Assembly: GCA_036172245.1 (NCBI GenBank)
Contig: JAYWIR010000005.1
Location: 1,674,001 to 1,738,000 of the forward strand
Origin: Raillietiella orientalis
Lineage: Eukaryota
DNA length: 64,000 nucleotides
Direction: 5' to 3'
The translations under genes and the position numbers were made by a program. Below the pieces are notes generated by a model that made no database searches, was not told the DNA's origin, and saw nothing but the letters and a program-made list of their open reading frames with translations. Shown piece after piece: positions 60,761-64,000 of this stretch; the first letter of the stretch is position 1; each line of letters opens with the position of its first letter.

Positions 60761-60811
60761 CGTCCTCCCAGTCGAGACGGAGGTCGCCGCAACACTTTTC
60801 CTCTGTTTCAG

Positions 60812-61040
60812 GAATCCGGAAAGATGATCCTGATCTCTCGCAGGAGTCGTTACAGGCCCGGAACCCGGTATAAGAGGAGAGGGGTGGACAGCAGCGGCAA
60901 GTGCGCTAATTACGTGGAAACGGAGCAGCTACTTCAAGCCGCAGGCCATACCACCTCCTTTGTCCAAGTGCGTGGGTCCGTTCCCATCCTGTGGAGCCAG
61001 CCCGGTTTCAAGTACCATCCTCCTCCAAAAATAGAAGGAA
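60812..61040 (+). CDS. INPP5F: Sac2/INPP5F coding exon 7 (SAC domain)
   Basis: Acceptor TTTCAG|; [30 protein letters not shown]...[17 protein letters not shown] are canonical SAC motifs; donor A|GTGAGC, phase 1; 59-nt intron follows. Confidence 0.95.
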
Positions 61041-61099
61041 GTGAGCAAACGGCTGGTGCTGGCTCGTTCTGCAACTGTTCCCGTCTTTTCTCTTTTCAG

Positions 61100-61292
61100 C
61101 CGAAGAGGAATCTCAGGCCGCCTTTGCTAAGCACTTTGCAGAGGAAATTTCCCTGTACGGCAGTGTGGTGGCCATCAACCTACTCGATAACAGAGGCAGG
61201 GAGAAAGTGATCTGTGATTCCTATTTGAAACACGCCATCCTGTTGGATTCCAAGGATCTGACCTACGTGGGATTCGATTTTCACGAGTACTG
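61100..61292 (+). CDS. INPP5F: Sac2/INPP5F coding exon 8 (gene continues beyond the window)
   Basis: Acceptor TTTTCAG|; [38 protein letters not shown]...[11 protein letters not shown]; donor TG|GTACGC. The catalytic RxNCxDCLDRTN exon was not found before 64000. Confidence 0.93.
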
Positions 61293-61339
61293 GTACGCCT
61301 GGGGGAATCTCTCGAGCGCCATATTGTTCCGCTCGGCTG

Positions 61340-62545
61340 CATGGATTGCGCCCTGCCATCGCGCTGTGATTATCCTGGGGGGAGGCTCTGCGATCTCTCC
61401 GCGCGCGGCACCGAGCGTCGCGGGTTCCAATCCCCACGTGGAGGATCGACACCGAGAAGTGCAGGGGGAGTGCGTCGTATGGGTTTCGAGTGCCCTCCGC
61501 AAGATGACGCCAGTTGTGGCCTCGGTAGACTTGGGGGCGCGGCACTGGTTGACACCTGGTCACGCCTGGGCATTTATAAAAAAAAAAAAACATACACGTC
61601 AGGATCAAACGTCCTGCCACGTTACTTATAAATACGAGAAGGAACCTGCCGGGAACTGGCACGCGGGCCAGCTGGGTTCGTGTCGACAGCACAGAGGAAG
61701 GGGAGACACAAAAAATAAAATAAAACAAAAAACATACAGTCAAAAAAATGGGGGGGAGAGGGTTCGGGAAGGGATCACCCGGTGCTGGAGGGCGTCCTCT
61801 GCATCCTTTTAAGGATACCGGCAAATTCCTGTTTCAAGATTCCCAGATGGGGCCACCTTAACGCTATCTAGGGGCGCGGCACTGGTGGAAACCAGAAACT
61901 CCCGGATGCCTCTGTTGACTGGCCTCCCGGATTGGAAGTGCACTCCTCGGGATCCTTCTAGGATGCCCTTCGAGGTTCTCCTCCGGTTGTTGAAAAGGGA
62001 GCTGCCCTCCCCCTCAGGGAAGACTCTCCTTCGCGTACCATGGTTCTCCTCGAGGGGTTGCCTCTTCAGAGGGAAAGAAGCGTGCTGCTCCCTTCGGAGA
62101 AACCGGGGAGACGCCCCTTCGGGGTTCTCTTCAGAGGAGGAGGAGGAGGAGGAAACCAGGAGCGCTTCCCTTGCGGGTGCCCTCTGGAGGAGAAATTCAA
62201 GGAGTGGATCCTTTCCGGGTTCCTTGCGGAGAAGAAACGGGGAGTGGTCCCGTCCGGGGAGTCTCTCCGGAGGGGACAAGGAAGAGGTTCCCCTCGTGGT
62301 TCCCTGCCAAGCGTAAGAGAGGAACGGACTCTTTCCTCCTCCGGAGCCCTTCCTGGATGTATAGGGCGATCCTCCGGGGTGACTCTTCAACTTGAGAGTG
62401 ACACGTGCCTTCAGATGGCGTGGACGGTGTTGAAGAGCTTCGTGAGCTCTCCGTAAAGAGGCGAACCAAGAAAAAGACCTCCCCCCCCCAAAAAAAATGA
62501 AAAGAAAGCAGCGAAAACAAAAGAAGGATTTCCAGCATCCTGGAC
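61340..62545 (+). mobile_element. tRNA-headed SINE-like repeat, copy 5 (with a 0.3 kb internal insertion or dimer junction)
   Basis: CGCGCGGCACCGAGCGTCGCGGGTTCCAATCCCC head; body blocks as in copies 1-4; GGGGCGCGGCACTGGT occurs twice (61534-61549, 61871-61886). Confidence 0.75.
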
Positions 62546-62699
62546 CAGTAGTAACGATTTTCCTGTGAGCTCGCTAATGGCTTTCTTTTTTTTTAAAAAA
62601 AAAAAGTCAGGAAAAGCTGGATCGATGCTCTAGGCTCACGGGTTTTGCTGGTTCCCGGGCGCACGTGTGCCACCGAACGGCTTAGGTACTTTCGGTACA

Positions 62700-64000
62700 G
62701 GAAATTTGTAGATGGCCTTGAACTGTGTGGTCTGCGCTGGTCTCGCGCTTCTCTTCATCTCTTCGAACCGAAAGGCCGTTGTCGGGTTCCTTGTAGGTCG
62801 CTGCCCCGCTTGTCCAACTGGAGATGCAGGAAATGCTTTGCTCGCGGCGTGCCAAAGCACAGGTGCCGCAGTGCTCTTTCTCCACTTCCCGTGTCCCTTT
62901 GTTTACCATCGTGGTCCCTTCTTCAAGTGCTGGAACCTTCTGTGGATTTGAAGGATTTTGTATCTTCCGACTCGCAAGTACATCGCATCGCGAGTACTCA
63001 CTGAATGCTCTGGATTCCTCCTCCGAAAGTTTTCTTGCGCGTGAAAAAGCCGCCCTCTTTTGTTTTTTGCCTCTCATCTTGACGCTGTGTGCGTCTTCCT
63101 GAATCTGTGCGTGCATCTGTGCGTTACCTTTATCTGTGCGAGCGCGATTTGTAGCTCAGGTAGTTTGGATTTGAAGCGACGCTCCTAACGCTCCCGAGGG
63201 ATCGGTAGTTGCCCAGCGATCACCGTATTGCTGGATGCTTCGAATCTGCAGCGACTATTGCGGATCCTGCGGTGATGATGCAGGCGGGTGACTCAAGGGA
63301 AACGCGTCGGTCACCCCTCGTGTGCCGGAGTGGCTGCACGGGTCGGTTGTCGTTCTGCCCCCTGTGTTTTGCAAACTGAAGACAAGACAAGCCAGAAGCC
63401 GTCTCTGTATCCCAGCTCCGTATCCTCGCAACGCGTGATGGAAGGTACGAACCGCTCGTTGAATTCCGGCACTGGGACAGTGAGGCGCGGGGCACATTGC
63501 TGTGGCTCGAGCTGCGCTTGCCTGCTGCATTCTCGGTCAAACTGACGCATCTTTGTTTACAGACATGGCAACAGATGCAGCAGCAACAGCAAAACGATCC
63601 GCCTTTTCAGCAGCTAATTTGTATTTCGTTTCCGCCTTTGCCCTCCTAGGTTTCTGTCGGTCTCTTTCGTGACTGTGGAGGTCCAGTCTTCGTGGGATGC
63701 TGCTTGACAAGAACGCGGCCTTGAATCCGAGAGAAGGTGCTGGGCTCAATCCACGAAAGACATGTTCGTGGTCTCGTCACAGTTTAAGAATCAGAACAGT
63801 TCAATAAATGGCCACTCTTCTTCATGTTCCTCTTGCTCCGTTAGTTAGGGCAGGGCGCCTTGGTCTCGCATGGCAGACGAATACGTTCTCAAAGGTGCGC
63901 CCATGCACTGCGCCTGCCCACGTTCGCGTAGCTGACCAAGTTCGCGGTTGCTCCCGTTCCTCAGGAGGTGCAGTCGTGAACTTGTGAATGCCCTCCTCCC
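62700..64000 (-). mobile_element. Decayed Ty3/gypsy integrase relic in Sac2 intron 8, antisense
   Basis: LDLHSHE..KPRRAKAET (63537..63749); SNVPRASLSQC..RSWDTETAS..GQNDNRPVQPLR (63220..63540); KKQKRAAFSRARKLSE (62682..63116). Confidence 0.55.

Overview
Eukaryotic (invertebrate-animal-like) genomic DNA with no prokaryotic features. Only one host gene is recognisable: the 5' part of a SAC-domain phosphoinositide phosphatase, Sac2/INPP5F (+ strand, ATG 48585). It has 8 coding exons to 61292, all with GT-AG introns of matching phase, and its catalytic exon lies beyond the window. Almost everything else, intergenic and intronic, reads by eye as a near-continuous pavement of about 25-30 extremely decayed Ty3/gypsy gag-pol relics. 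These keep domain order (gag knuckle, protease, RT, RNase H, integrase), spacing and long stretches of frame, but nearly all catalytic residues are gone and no LTR pairs are visible. Also present: five copies of an apparently tRNA-headed SINE-like family (about 0.8 kb), two 3' fragments of an L1/Tx1-type LINE sharing a co-varying 3' hairpin, a Merlin/ISXO2-like transposase relic upstream of the gene, and many purine/pyrimidine microsatellite tracts. Base composition switches sharply at kb scale, including a strongly CpG-depleted 2 kb block at the start of Sac2 intron 3. All TE assignments are manual motif alignments, not HMM results, and TE boundaries are approximate (about 50-150 bp).
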